Positions 51,120 to 63,402 are shown, counted from the first letter of the whole stretch. The stretch is 63,402 nucleotides of DNA, filler included, from Octopus bimaculoides (GCF_001194135.2; 5 parts of 4 records of this genome joined end to end with filler, not necessarily neighbours in it); one strand, 5' to 3'. The notes: a model not told the origin generated them from the letters alone. Translations and numbers: made by a program.

Positions 51120-52405
51120 TCTAGCGTCCGTTACCTAGGGGACCAGGTCAGTAGGGGGTGGGGGTTGGATGCTCTGACCGTGTAGCTACTAGAATAAGAA
51201 TAGCCTGGGCAAAGTTCAAAGAGCTCCTACCTCTACTGGTGACAAAGGGCCTCTTACTCAGAGTAAAAGGTAGACTGTATGACGCATGTGTACGAACAGC
51301 CATGCTTCATGGAAGTGAAACATCGGCCATGACTGCTGAGGACATGCGTAAGCTTGCAAGGAATGGAGTCAGTATGCTCCGCTGGATGTGTTATGTCAGT
51401 GTGTATACACAACAGAGTGTAAGCGCCTTGAGAGTTGGATTTAAGAAGCATCAGATGTGGTGTGCAAGAGAGACGACGGCGCTGGTATGGTCATGTGTTA
51501 CGAATGAATGAGGACAGCTGTTTGAAAAAGTGTCACACCCTAGCAGTTGAGGGAACCTGTGGAAGAGGTAGACCAAGAAAGACCTGGGATGAGGTGGTGA
51601 AGCACGACCTTCGAACATTGGGCCTTGCTGAGGCAATGACAAGTGACCGAGACATTTGGAGATATGCTGCGCTTGAGAAGACTCGACAAGCCAAGTGAGA
51701 CCATAGCCCGTGGCCTATGCCAGTGAGTGTAACCAGCTCACTTATGAGTACCCCTCATTCATTGGTCAATAAACTTTGCTAGCGAAGACCTATTGAGGCA
51801 TGTGAAATCAAAATCACTGACGTGGCCGATGACAGTACCGCCTGATTGGCACTCGTGCCAGTGGAACGTTAAAAGCACATTCGGGTGTGGGGTGTAACCA
51901 GCCCACTTATGAGTACCCCTCATTCATTGGACAATAAACTTTGCTTGCGAAAACATATTGAGGCAAATGAAATCAAATCAAAATCGCTCATGTGGCCGAT
52001 GACAGTACCGCCTGATTGGCACTCGTGCCAGTGGAATGTTAAAATCACATTCGAGCGTGATCGTTGCCAGGGCCATGGATTTGCTTCCGTGCCGGTGGCA
52101 CGTAAAAAGCACCATTCGAGCATGATCGTTACCAGCATCGCCTTACCGGCACGTGAAAAACAATATTTGAGTATGGTCATTGCCAGTGCCACCGGACTGG
52201 CTCCCGTGCAGGTAGCACGTAAAAAACACCATTTAAGCACCCATTACACTCTCGGAGTAGTTGGCGCTAGCAAGGGCATCCAACTGTAGAAACTTTGCCA
52301 GATCAGATTGAACCTGGTGTAGCCTTCTGGCTCACCAGTCCTCAGTCAAACCATCCAACCAATGCCAGCATGGAAAGCAGACGTTAAACGACAATGATGA
52401 TGATG
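51120..52405 (+). mobile_element. 5'-truncated RTE-clade LINE (ORF2 C-terminus 51158-51698 with frameshifts; repeat-rich 3' UTR; (GAT)n tail)
   Basis: Translates to YLGDQV..RIRIAWAKFKEL..KGRLYDACVRTAMLHGSET..RWYGHVLRM..GRGRPRKTWDEVV; about 164-bp duplication at 51728 and 51892. Confidence 0.92.
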
Positions 52406-52539
52406 GTGATGATATTCCTTGTGCATTCCAAAACCGAGTTACTGATTTTGATGTATGGGGTATCAAAAGATTCAGTACTATTTCCGTTACAAATTAAACT
52501 TAATTTCCATTCACATATTTGCATTTCAAAAAGTTTACC

Positions 52540-52742
52540 GCCTGACTGGCCCCTGTGCTGGTGGCACACAAAGAGCATCCACCACACTCTTGGAATGATT
52601 AGTGTTTGGAAGGGCATCCAGCTGTAGAAACCTTGGCAGATGAGAATAGAGCCTGGTGCAGCCTCCTGGCTTACCATTCCTCAGTCAAACCATCCAACCC
52701 ATACCAGCATAGAAAGCGGACTTTAAACGATGATGATGATTA
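52540..52742 (+). mobile_element. Second RTE 3'-end copy
   Basis: Matches 52240-52405 and ends in (GAT)n. Confidence 0.8.
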
Positions 52743-53559
52743 TTATTATCAATATCATTGCTATCATTTACCACATGATAGTTGTTCTTACCTGTTTTTT
52801 GATTTTTGCTCCTCTTTTGTGAAAAGCCTTCTGTGGGTACATTAATTTGCTTGTTATAATCATCTTTTTAATTATCAAGTTTAATCACCATTGCTATTTC
52901 TTCTTGCTGCTGCTGCGACTACTACCACTGCTACTGCTGCTGCTGCTGCTGCTGCTATCATTACTATTCTTATCTATGATATTATTCTTTGCCTTCCTTG
53001 AGTCTGGCTGGTTCGTTTGTGGATTATGCTTATGCCAAGGGAGGTAATAACTGAAATGGAGACAAAGAAGAGAGAGAGAAAGGGGAGAAGGGAAAACTAG
53101 GAGAGAAGAGAGAGGGTGAGAAAAGCTATATTATTCTGCAGTTTTGTATTGAAATCACAGGCACAGTCAAAATGTCTAAGGCTGTGAAATAACGCCAGGA
53201 AGATCTATAAATTTATGCATTAAATGATAGATTGATAGATAGTTAAATTAAAGTGTACGTGGCAACTGGGTCATTCTATAGAAGATTGGCACCAAAGGGT
53301 TTCTTGATTGCTTGTAATATTTTTGTAGTGGTTAAGGGTGTATCAGAATGTGTTGAGATAAACAGATGCGATAGGCATGTGGATGCCTTCAAAGTAAACA
53401 AATGAATGACATCGATTTATTGTTTAAATAATTTATTTACGGGACTTGCATTTGCTGTTGGTATACACAATTTTTCAGTACATTAATTTGTTGTCAATTG
53501 CTAAGAGTTGATAGGAATAAAAACAGGGTACATCTGTAGATGTGATGTTGTAGAAGTGA

Positions 53560-53790
53560 ATATGTTTTGTGTCTGTGTGTGCGTTGTTCATCTGAGAAAG
53601 TAGTCGGCGATCTCGTGAGTTGTCTCTTCGTCCCGAGCCTGTCTCCGGCCAGAGTCTTTCTTTCTCTCTCTCTCTCTGTGCCGGTCCCTCTGCTGACCAC
53701 AGTATTTATAACAGCCGTGGCAGCTAGAAGGACAGACATACTGCAGGAGAGATTGTGTCTAAACAGGTGAGCTCCTGTCCATTGGATTTC
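53560..53790. promoter_or_regulatory. Candidate core promoter in a CpG-retaining island; orientation ambiguous
   Basis: TATTTATAA at 53703-53711 (TATAAATA on minus, with minus-strand CCAAT at 53785-53781); on plus a CAG|GTGAGC donor at 53766/53767. Confidence 0.4.
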
Positions 53791-54089
53791 GAATCTTAGC
53801 TTGGAGAAAGGAAGTGTTAACTTTTACACTTTTTGGTATTATCGGCATAGCTACTTAGTGTAGTAGTTTCTGTAGCTGAGGACATATTCGAGAAAGAGCT
53901 TCCATAAAAGACAGCGGTCCAATGCGCTCATGTACACAAATTTTCTTTTATTTTCTTCATTTCTATAATTTATTCTTTACGTACTATTTACAAGTTTTAC
54001 TGTAAGCAATATTACCAGCAATTGTTTTTGAAGACAAGTATGCACTTTCTGTACGCATTAATCCAAGTGAACTTTGTTTAATTCACATG

Positions 54090-54390
54090 ATTAACACGTG
54101 AACTACGTATGTGAATACATAATAGATAGATCTTCGTGAACTAGGATGCTGAGCACAAAAATAATGCGATCCGAATACAGCTTTAGGGGCGAGCTGGCAG
54201 AAAACATTAGTACGCCGGGCGAAATGCATAGCAGTATTTCGTCTGTCTTTACGTTCTGATTTCGAATTCCACCAAGGTCGACTTTGCCTTTCATCCTTTC
54301 GTGGTCGATAAATTAAGTACCAGTTGCATACTAGAGCCGATCTAATCGACTGCTCCCTCCTCTTGCGCCAAGAGTAGAAAAAATTCGAAC
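54090..54390 (-). mobile_element. SINE family C (GGATGAAAGGCAAAGTCGACC core), CpG-rich
   Basis: Reverse complement matches the plus-strand copies at 60615-60830 and 62975-63135. Confidence 0.75.
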
Positions 54391-54530
54391 ACAACTTCCA
54401 TGAATTACTTCCCTTAGATAGTTATTGTTTACGCTTGAATTTTCAGTGCCGTTGGAGTGATCTCCCTTGGTCTACATAATCATATGCGACTAACAGAAGA
54501 CCAACTGTCTGTTTGTTTGTTTTCTTTCAG

Positions 54531-54551
54531 TTTTCTTTAAGTTCATGTCAA
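54531..54551 (+). CDS. Candidate 21-nt exon containing ATG (54545-54547)
   Basis: Branch point GACTAAC at 54488-54494, long pyrimidine tract TTTGTTTGTTTTCTTTCAG, donor AA|GTAAGT. No downstream exon identified. Confidence 0.35.
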
Positions 54552-54981
54552 GTAAGTTGAAGCCGGTCGCTAACAGGGAAAAGAAAAGAAGAATTTTGAG
54601 TGAACAGAATTCCCAATATTAGTAATTATGTGGTTGAATGCATGTGTCGGTTAAACTCTCGATAGACACACTGAAGTGTGTGCATCTGTTCATGTAAAGA
54701 ATCTCAGATGGAGAATCTTTGGAATGTCTTATAAATTTTTACTGTACAGCTAATAGATTAGATTTAGAGAATCCATGTCACTTTCCTTTGCTCTTTCCAA
54801 AAATAAAAAAAAAAAAACCTAGTATTTCTACGTTTTTGTGTAAATTTGCAGGTACATAACCTAATGCACCTATGATGATAGGTACAAATGTGAATTCATA
54901 GTCAGGGTAGAAGAGCTGTAAGTTCTGCTTTAGTACACCATAAATGTTAACTTTTCCCTGAACTTTTGATCTAAATATACA

Positions 54982-56040
54982 TCATGCTGGGCAACTTATC
55001 TCTACAGCAGGACATGACTTTTGTTCCCTGTCACACAGAACAATACCAAGTCTATTATGTCTGCACCGAACTGCAGTTTCTATTATAGCATTCAACCAGT
55101 ATTTTTTGTTTTTAAAGGCATGAATACATACTGGTTCTGACATGCCTTTAATGTATATGTCAGGGTAATCCTTCTTAAGGGTAGCATTGTAAATAGTCTT
55201 TGCCACTATATCGTACCTCAAGGGTAGGTAATATTTCGTAGATATTTTGGGGTAGCTGCTGCTGATATAGGTAAAATTTTCAACACTGGTATAGCAAAGC
55301 CAACATATTCTATCACGACACAGAAATTTTGTGGTATTTTCGTCTCTCTTGTTAGCAGATTCCTGGATAGCAAAGGCATACCCTTCCAGGTGGAATGTAA
55401 TGTATCAAATCACAGGTCCAAGAGAGGTCACTGTTAATGTCAATGCTGTTATCCACTAGTTTTATGTACTCATGCATTGGTTTTGCTAGTATGATGCCTA
55501 CTTCACCTCCAAGCTTCTGTTTAGATAGTCAGTCCAATCTTTGGGTTGCATGAGACAGTAATATTCTCAGAGTACCTGCACAGTTGTTCTCCAACTCTGG
55601 AGATGCTTTCACTTTTGAGTATGCATGGAGTGTATCCATTTCTTTCTTTACTGTTCAGCAAATGGTGTCTGTGACATTCAAAGGCTGTTTGTACTGACTT
55701 TATCCATCTACCAACATTTTTTGTCCCAAATAGATCCTATGAGTGTCACTGCTACTGTGGAAGTTAACAGTGATGGTCAGTACATTTCTAGTTTTGATGT
55801 CCAGGTTGCAGATCTTGTAAAGTATCCCAGTTCAGTATCCCAAATGTTGGTATTAACACTATCACTGCATAATCATGGTGAGATATGATCTTGCTAAACG
55901 CAGACAGCTTTGAGTTCCATATTTTCTGAAGTCTACCGAAGTACTCTTTTGTTATTTTGTATGCAAAAGATGCTTGGATTTTTCATCGTTAGAGTTAGGG
56001 GAGATAGAATGTCCATGTTCACTGTCTGGCTGACATGAGG
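54982..56040 (-). mobile_element. Degenerate R4/Dong-like retrotransposon fragment (RT C-terminus to RLE domain)
   Basis: Translates to LDIKTRNVLTITVNFHSSSDTHRIYL and RYDIVAKTIYNA..KYWLN..ETAVRCRHNRLGIV..AVEISCPA; homologous to 30920-31100. Confidence 0.8.
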
Positions 56041-56168
56041 GCATGTATCTTCTATGTGTAAAGATCATATGATGTATATATTTACTGTTCATGTTCAAAG
56101 AAAAACCTATCCTGGTTAAATTGACAAATGGGTTGGTCTTCTTTGAAATGTCAGAGTGTAGAATATTG

Positions 56169-56628
56169 CTGTGAATGACAGCAGTTATGCATTTCGCAAA
56201 TGTATAACTGGAAATGAATGAAATTAGTGGTCATGCTTTACAAGTACTGCACATATGAAATATCATAACTTGAGTTAGTCCTATTGCAGGTTATACCTCC
56301 CTATATATGTTCATACATATATACTTTTATATATACAGCTACTGGTATGGTTGTGTGGTTAATAATGGTGTTTCTTAAATTTATGGGTTTCAATCCTCTC
56401 CCACTGCATGGCATTTTGGGCAAGTGACTCCCACTATAACCTTGGGCCAAACAAAGCCTTTCAAGTGAATCTAGTGTGAACATTTGTGTGTGTGTATGTG
56501 TGTGTGTGTGAATGTGTTGGTGTGTGTTTGTGTCTCTTTTACTTGTTGTTTTATGACAGTTGTAAACAAGCATCTTCATTCATTTCCAGTTATACATTTG
56601 CGAAATGTATAACAGCTGTCATTCACAG
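56169..56628. mobile_element. MITE-like element with about 54-bp TIRs containing a nested family-A SINE (56335-56575)
   Basis: CTGTGAATGACAGCAGTTATGCATTTCGCAAATGTATAACTGGAAATGAATGAA vs its near-perfect reverse complement at 56576-56628. Confidence 0.75.
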
Positions 56629-57569
56629 AAAAACTATTGTTTTACCGTGAGAAAAGTGCTGTTGAAGTGGTGTTAAGTGAAATTTGGCAATCGAGGATTG
56701 AACCCACGCTATGTCTGCGTGAAGCCACTACAAATACGTTGTGGAATAAAAAATTTATCTTCTCCCCTAGAAAAAGTGTAACTGTAAAAAGGCAGAATTA
56801 TCAGAGCAATGGGCATTCAAAACAGTATGCGTGTATAGAAATGTATGAATGAAGTCTTTAAGGTCTAAGATTCAAATTAAAGAAGTGCAATAATAATGTT
56901 TAGCAGTTCAAAACTGTGAGTAGTGAAATGCAGAATTAGGTCGGCTGATCCTGAGAATCAAATATTGATTGCTTCGCAAAAAGCTGCAGGTGGTATGGGT
57001 TATTTCCATCAGGTTGTTTAAACAAAATATGAGTAATATGTAGTAGATAGAAGGATTCATTGGAGGGGCCCTATTATCGATATTTTTCAACACTCTAAGT
57101 TTGTCACGAGGTTTCCAGACATGAGTTCTACTCACGTGTCAAGTTTCATCAAAATCAATAAATGATGTAGGAGGAGTTAGCTAACAATGCCACATACACA
57201 CAGATTTTCCACATATGTAGTAGATATATATATGTGTACATGTGTGTATGTATATAAGAAAACAAGTAGGTTAAGGTTCACTACAGCTGTTTCAGATGTG
57301 TCTTTTATCAATGAATAAACCAATTACACACAAAAAAATTGTTCTCGGGTGAATTAAAAATGAAAAATTTGATGTTTGATTCAGAAAAAATACCAAGATG
57401 TTTAAACTGTGTCGAACCTCCCATTTTGCAACAAAGAAGAGAGTGAAGTATACTGAGGCATAGCCAGAATACATATATGCAAGGGTCATAAAACTATCAA
57501 CAGCCAAAGCCACACAAAATTATTTGTTTAAAGTTTAAACTTAGCTGTTTCTTGAAATACATACCAATA

Positions 57570-57707
57570 CATATATCTAAAACAAAATTTTTCAGGGTCC
57601 CTTCAAATACTATTGTGGATCCCCTGTTTCCTATTTTGTTGCATGGATCTCCCTAAAATCTTATATGGACGTTCAAGAGCTACATGAACCCTGGTTGAGA
57701 AACACTG
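57570..57707. mobile_element. One end of a hAT-like MITE
   Basis: Ends GGTTGAGAAACACTG, reverse complement of the common CAGTGTTTCTCAACC terminus; partner end not found. Confidence 0.4.
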
Positions 57708-59143
57708 GTTTAAACAAATAATTTAATGTGGCTTTGTCTGCTGATGATTTTATGACTCTTACACATATGAAATTTGGCTCTAACTCGGTATACTTCATTC
57801 TCTTACTTGTTACCATATGTGGAACAGTACTGCTACACACACACCCTAGGATTATATCCAAAAGATCTTCCAAATTAATAGCAAAATTCATTCTCCAATT
57901 TGCTCTTAGCAACCTTTAGTCTATAAACATGTATGCTCTCACTGCCTCTGCTAGAACTACTAGAATAGAATCTCTGCTCCTCTGACATAGCTAGTTACAT
58001 ACCACCCTCTTCCTAAGCCAACCTTAAAGAATTGCCTCTCTTCTTACCACCCATATTCTGTCACACTGCATAAACTATACCCACTCCTTCTTACTTAGAA
58101 AGTCAACACTCTGGAATTTCTTTCATGCCTGTCTATCTGTATATATTGACAAGCTCAATTTTACAACTTTTGAGAATCTACACAGGCCAGGAACACACCC
58201 TTTCATTCAACTAAAGCACAAAAACAATATCATTCAAAAAACAATTCCTTTATTCATTTTGTAGTAAGATATAAGAGGGATAATACTGGATCTGCATAAA
58301 TATTTGCACATGCAATTTACCTATGTAAAAGAGAATGAAGTATTCTATCAGAATAAAACTATAAGTTTGGTTTCTTTTACAAATACGTGTTCTAACAATT
58401 TGGATTTGAATGTTCTTGCTTCTTAGAAGAAAGTTAAATAAAATTCTATTGAAATGGTTAATAGAAAAGATAAAATAACACTTAAAGAAAGTATAATTCA
58501 TCTTTATTTACTGAGTTAAAATCATAGTGATAATAAAAACGCTAAGCAAAATTAAGGTAAAGAAAAGTAGACAAAAAAGTAAAAGTACTGAAGTCATGAA
58601 TTCAAATCTTACAGCAGAGATTGTGTTATATCAATGAGTAAGGCTCATAACACTGCATGAAAAAAATGGACATAAAATTGAAGAAAAAAAATGTCATTTT
58701 CTAGCAGAGAAATCAATGCAACATAAAATATAATATGAACTGAAAACTCATAGTGAAAAATTATGTTCTAGTATAGAAAGACAACAGGGTAATGCCATTA
58801 ATAGGAGAGGTTGGGAAGATGAAAGAGGAGAATGAAAAGTATTGTATCAGAATAAAAGCAGGGGACGCTAAGCTAAATTAAGAGAAATTAATAGAAGTCA
58901 AAAGCACTTATGAACAAGACACGATAAAATGAAAAAGTAACAATCAAGAAAATGAAAATGAAAAGATTAGAAATTGAGACAGTGTGAAAGGGTAAGAGTT
59001 TTTAATAGATTACATAAACCTTAAAATGCTTGGAGAGATACACCAGAAGAAAAATTATGTATCTTACAAAAAAATACAAATTTTAGAATTTTCAATTTAT
59101 ACCTTAGTTTAAGCCTGTTTTACACACACACACACATGCACGC

Positions 59144-59195
<52 letters not shown>

Positions 59196-59362
59196 GAATT
59201 GACTAAATTATAATAAAAAGAAATTAACCCTTCTTGAAAAGTCAGTATTTACATCCTTATGTAATATTAAAAAAGAAACAAATCTTTGTCTGTCTTAGGA
59301 TATGAAGCTAATTGGAAGCAAATTGACTTATAATTTGGTAATTTAGTCAGTCCTTCTTGTTT

Positions 59363-59462
59363 NNNNNNNNNNNNNNNNNNNNNNNNNNNNNNNNNNNNNN
59401 NNNNNNTTAATTAATTAANNNNNNNNNNNNNNNNNNNNNNNNNNNNNNNNNNNNNNNNNNNN
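59363..59462. other. Artificial join (44 N + TTAATTAATTAA + 44 N)
   Basis: Linker at 59407-59418. Confidence 0.95.
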
Positions 59463-59580
59463 ATATATATATACACACACACTCATATATAAATACATAC
59501 ATATATACATATACATACATACACATGTACATACTTACATATGTATGTACATACATACATACATACATACATACATACAT

Positions 59581-59615
<35 letters not shown>

Positions 59616-60614
59616 TACATACATATGAATCAGTTTTAAAATGAAGTAGATGAAGCCAAATTAAATTGTAAAGGTGATCTAAAGATTTTCAAATAGAAAT
59701 TTTTTATATCCATTTTCTTCTATAATTAAATCAGTTTTAGCCTGAAAATTGTTAGATTCTCCTATACGTGTCTGATATAGTATATAATTGGTATATTCAA
59801 ACAATTTTTCAGCAACCAATGAAGTTCATATAATTCATATCTAGAAGACACAAGGTTAGCCTCATTTCTGTTTGCTAATATTCGATATTGAAGAAACAGG
59901 GACTTGTGAAATTGTGAATAAAATTTATATGTTCTTTCAGAAGTTATATTGAGATCTTATACCTTTCTATCTTCTACTGTTCATTGTACTTACTGGACTA
60001 GATTCCTTACAATATCATCCATGCTATATAACAATTTATAAATATATAGCAATTTAAACAAGTTTTAGTTGTAATGTTCATGATTTAATTAACTAAAATT
60101 TCCCGTGATCTAATTTAATAAATTATATCAATAGAACAGCGTATATTAGTATAGGAATAATATGCATTGGTATACTAATTAATGACAAAGTAAGCCATTA
60201 TATTACCTTTGAACACCTGATAAAAGCTACTTTTATCTTTCCAACCATTTTCATTATCCATTTGTTCCCATAAGGATTGTGATAAGTAGAGTCCTCAGAT
60301 ATGCATTCCGGAAATTTCTACCAGAAGCAGCTATTAGCAAATGATCTGGTTTGGTCCTCAAGTAAGACCAACGAAAGCTAAGATATTATTTAAGCATCTC
60401 ACTTGAGGTTACTTCTGGGCCTCCTTTTGGTTGGCCTTGGTCCTGGATTGAGTGCAACATGTGTCAGTTTCAGCATTCAGTCATCAAAAGAAGTAAGGCA
60501 GGGAGGTGGGTATTAAAAAAAGTCAGACCCGATATTTTTAATTTGGTTTGCATGTTTACCCTTACCTATGATCATGAATCAGAGGTAGTGAGTGAAAGGG
60601 TACAATCTCAAATG

Positions 60615-60830
60615 CTGGTTTCAAATTTTGGCACAAGGCCAGCAATTTCAGGGTTGGGGATAAGTTGATTACATCAACCCCAGTATTCGACTGGTACTTA
60701 TTTCATCAACCAAGAAAGGATGAAAGGCAAAGTCAACCTTGGCAGGATTTGAAGTCAGAACATGACGACGAACGAAATGCCACTAAGAATTTTGTCCAGT
60801 ATGCTAATGGATCTGCCAGTTGGCTGTCTT
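60615..60830 (+). mobile_element. SINE family C
   Basis: GGTTTCAAATTTTGGCACAAGGCCAGC..GGATGAAAGGCAAAGTCAACC; also at 62975-63135. Confidence 0.75.
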
Positions 60831-61028
60831 AGAAAAATCTCACATATCAGTAGCAGGATGAGGTTCCTCCAAAAGGTTACTGAGGTAAAAGGCTAGTCTT
60901 TGGATTTGGTTAGAAAGAGATGATGAGCAATGGCTGGAAGAACGATAAGCTATATCTGATAACCAGTTGATCTTGCGAGTGGGGACTCGTGTCGGTGAGG
61001 GGAGCTGGTATGCAATGATGCCGTTGAA

Positions 61029-61112
61029 AGGTAGGCCCTGAAATGGCACACATTCAGAGGTAAGCCCTGAAACAGCATGTATTCAGAGGTAGGCCCTGAA
61101 ATAGCACGCATT
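61029..61112 (+). repeat. Tandem repeat 3 x 29 bp (AGGTAGGCCCTGAAATGGCACACATTCAG)
   Basis: Units start at 61029, 61058 and 61087. Confidence 0.85.
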
Positions 61113-61149
61113 GTCTCCTGATGACTCCATACACTTGCTGGCTTCTGGT

Positions 61150-61326
61150 ATGAGGAGCTTTTAGCTGGTAGCACACACTTGTGCAAAACATCATTAGGAT
61201 GCATAGCTCAGAGATCAGGCAGTTGCACCAGGCTGAGCTGCTATTTCTTCACCTCAAGAGATCACAACTCAAGTACTGTGAGCATATAATTAGAATAGCT
61301 GAAGAAAGACTCACAAGACAGATCTT
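61150..61326 (+). mobile_element. LINE ORF2 C-terminal remnant
   Basis: Translates to HLKRSQLKYCEHIIRIAEERLTRQIL, similar to 14640-14700. Confidence 0.55.
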
Positions 61327-61753
61327 ATGAGTCTTCTACTTATGAACCTTCTACTTATGGGTCTTCTATTTCTACTAATGAGTCTGCTACTTATGAGCCT
61401 TCTACTTATGAGTTTTCTACTTATGAGCCTTCTACTTATGGGTCTTCTAGTTCTACTAATGAGCCTTCTACCTATGAGTCTTCTATTTCTATTAATGAGT
61501 CTTCTATTTCTATTAATGAGTCTTCTACTTATGAGTCATCTACTAATGAGTCTTCTACTTATGAGCCTTCTACCTATGAGCCTTCTACCTATGAGCCTTC
61601 TACTTATGAGTCATCTACTTATGAGTCTTTTATTTCTACTTTTGAGTCATCTACTAATGAGTCTTTTATTTCTACTTTTGAGTCATCTACTAATGAGTCT
61701 TCTGCTTATGAGTCATCTAGTACTGAGTCTTTCTACTTATGAGTCTTCTACTT
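61326..61753 (+). repeat. Minisatellite of 15-bp (TATGAGTCTTCTACT) and 24-bp variant units
   Basis: More than 20 units directly visible; reads as (YESST)n in one frame and (MSLLL)n in another. Confidence 0.92.
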
Positions 61754-62534
61754 AGTCTGTGGAATCTATTGTTTCAAATATCTCTTCTGAGATGCTTTAA
61801 ATATGTCTTTGTTTGCGACTCTTGATATTTACCAGATATTTATTAAGTTATTCTAATAAAGTTGATTATCTCTTATGGAACATTTTATAGTTTACTTTAA
61901 TTTCCATTTTGAAATATTAGTGATAATGATTCGGTTAGAGTATATTATATTTCAAATGACTCTATAAAAAAAACAAAAACAAAACAAAACGAAAGAAGAA
62001 CTCAAAGACTAATATATTAAATATATATGAAAGATGGTTGCAAGATATCTTTTTAACATTCATGCTTCATTCTCAACAAGAGATTTCAATCAATGACATT
62101 TTACCCAACTTAATTTTGTAATAACTTAATAAGTTTTAATATGATATTCAGCTGAAAACTAATTAATAACATCTTTCCAGGAAAGTACTCATGAATTTGA
62201 TAATTTTATATTAAATAAAGCGAACATTTTGATATATTCAGCATTTTTCTTTTCATTATATTCGTTTATTGTTTTTATTCTTTTCGTTATTATTTATGAG
62301 AGCAAAACAAGAGATCATTTCATTCTTGACTGAGACTTGATAATTTCATAATACAGGAAAGACCTTCTACGAATTTATGGAGAAATAGAACTTGAAGGTG
62401 AAGATAATGAGGTGAAAGAAAGAATTAGAAAAGAAGTTATGGATGACGAAAAGGGTATAAGAGGCTAACGAAGAAGTGGAAGAGAGACACGTAACGAAGA
62501 GAAACTCAAGAGAAAAGAGAGAATCCATTAGGAA

Positions 62535-62960
62535 AAAATTAGTGGCTGTGTGATAAGAAGCTTGCTTATCAACCACATGGTTCTGGGTTCAGTCCCACTG
62601 CCTGGCACCTCGGGCAAGTGTCTTCTACTAAAGCCTTGTTAGTGAATTTGGTAGACAGAAAATGAAAGAAGCCCATCGCATATGTGTGTGTGTGTGTGTG
62701 TGTGCGTGCGTGTGTGTGTGTGTGTGTATGTGTGTGTGTGTGTGTGTATATGTGTGTGTTTGTGTGTCGGTGTCTGTCCCCCCACCATTGCCTGACAACC
62801 GATCTTGGTGTGCTTACATTCCTAACTTAGCAGTTTGACAAAAGAGACTGATAAAATAAGTGCTAGGCTTACAAAGAATAAGTCCTGGGGTCGATTTGCT
62901 CCTCTAAAAGTGGTGCTTCAGCATGGCTGCAGTCAAATATCTGAAACAAATAAAAGAATA
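62535..62960 (+). mobile_element. Near full-length family-A SINE
   Basis: AGTGGCTGTGTGATAAG..GGGTTCAGTCCC head, (TG)n centre, A-rich tail. Confidence 0.85.
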
Positions 62961-63134
62961 CTTTCTTTCTAGCTTATATTGGTTTCAAATTTTGGCACAA
63001 GGCCAGCAGTTTTGGGGAGAGTGGGTAAGCTGATTAAACTGACCCCGGTGTCTCACTAGTGCTTATTTTATTGACCCCCGACAGGTTGAAAGATAAAGTC
63101 AACTTTGGAAAAATTTGAACTCAAAACTTAAACA

Positions 63135-63180
63135 GTTCTATATTTAAGAGATGAGGAATTATTTACATTATTTACATTTT
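63135..63180 (-). mobile_element. Extreme 3' tip of the hammerhead-bearing repeat family
   Basis: ACAGTTCTATATTTAAGAGATGAGGAATTATTTACATTATTTACATTT is the reverse complement of about 1200-1246. Confidence 0.8.
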
Positions 63181-63402
63181 ACTCTGTTACTCTTTTACTT
63201 ATTTCAGTCATTTTAATGATTATATCCTCAATTTATAAATATATATATACATCTTAATATATAAATCTGAAATTGTGTGTTTGTGTGAAGCCTTTTTGAA
63301 AGTTTATAGAAATCCACATTTTCCACTTTTTCGTAAAAATGTTTACATCAATGGAATTTTCTCGATCTGAACTTTCCAGATTTTAAAAATTCCGTTTACT
63401 TT

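Noticed and set aside
61327-61755. 142-aa Met/Leu-rich ORF as a membrane or signal protein
   Set aside because: It is one frame of a 15-bp minisatellite; hydrophobicity follows from the repeat unit.

Overview
This is a 63.4-kb AT-rich eukaryotic window, dense in repeats and interrupted by gaps. The microsatellite load ((TA)n, (CA)n, (TACA)n, (GA)n) and the SINE/LINE types suggest a cephalopod, probably Octopus; that assignment is an inference. Four artificial 100-bp joins (44 N + TTAATTAATTAA + 44 N) split the window into five pieces whose adjacency is not proven. No intact host gene or intact transposase/RT ORF is visible, and almost all ORF-track entries are microsatellite or N-gap artefacts. 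Recognisable content is degenerate mobile DNA: Tc1/mariner remnants and MITEs, RTE and other LINE 3' ends, two R4/Dong-like RLE-endonuclease fragments, Penelope-like RT/GIY-YIG remnants, a Helitron helicase remnant interrupted by a solo LTR, and many tRNA-derived SINEs. The most interesting signal is a set of short non-coding elements with Penelope-type minimal hammerhead-ribozyme motifs and/or fold-back (inverted) architecture. These are a tRNA-headed element carrying a hammerhead (23.2-23.5 kb), a TSD-flanked 92-bp-arm palindrome of that family's 3' end (1.0-1.26 kb), an inverted-arm element with a U3-A8 hammerhead variant (19.0-19.4 kb) and a third fold-back (36.2-36.6 kb). CpG-depleted domains and a few splice-site-flanked micro-exon candidates hint at hidden host genes, but these calls are low confidence.
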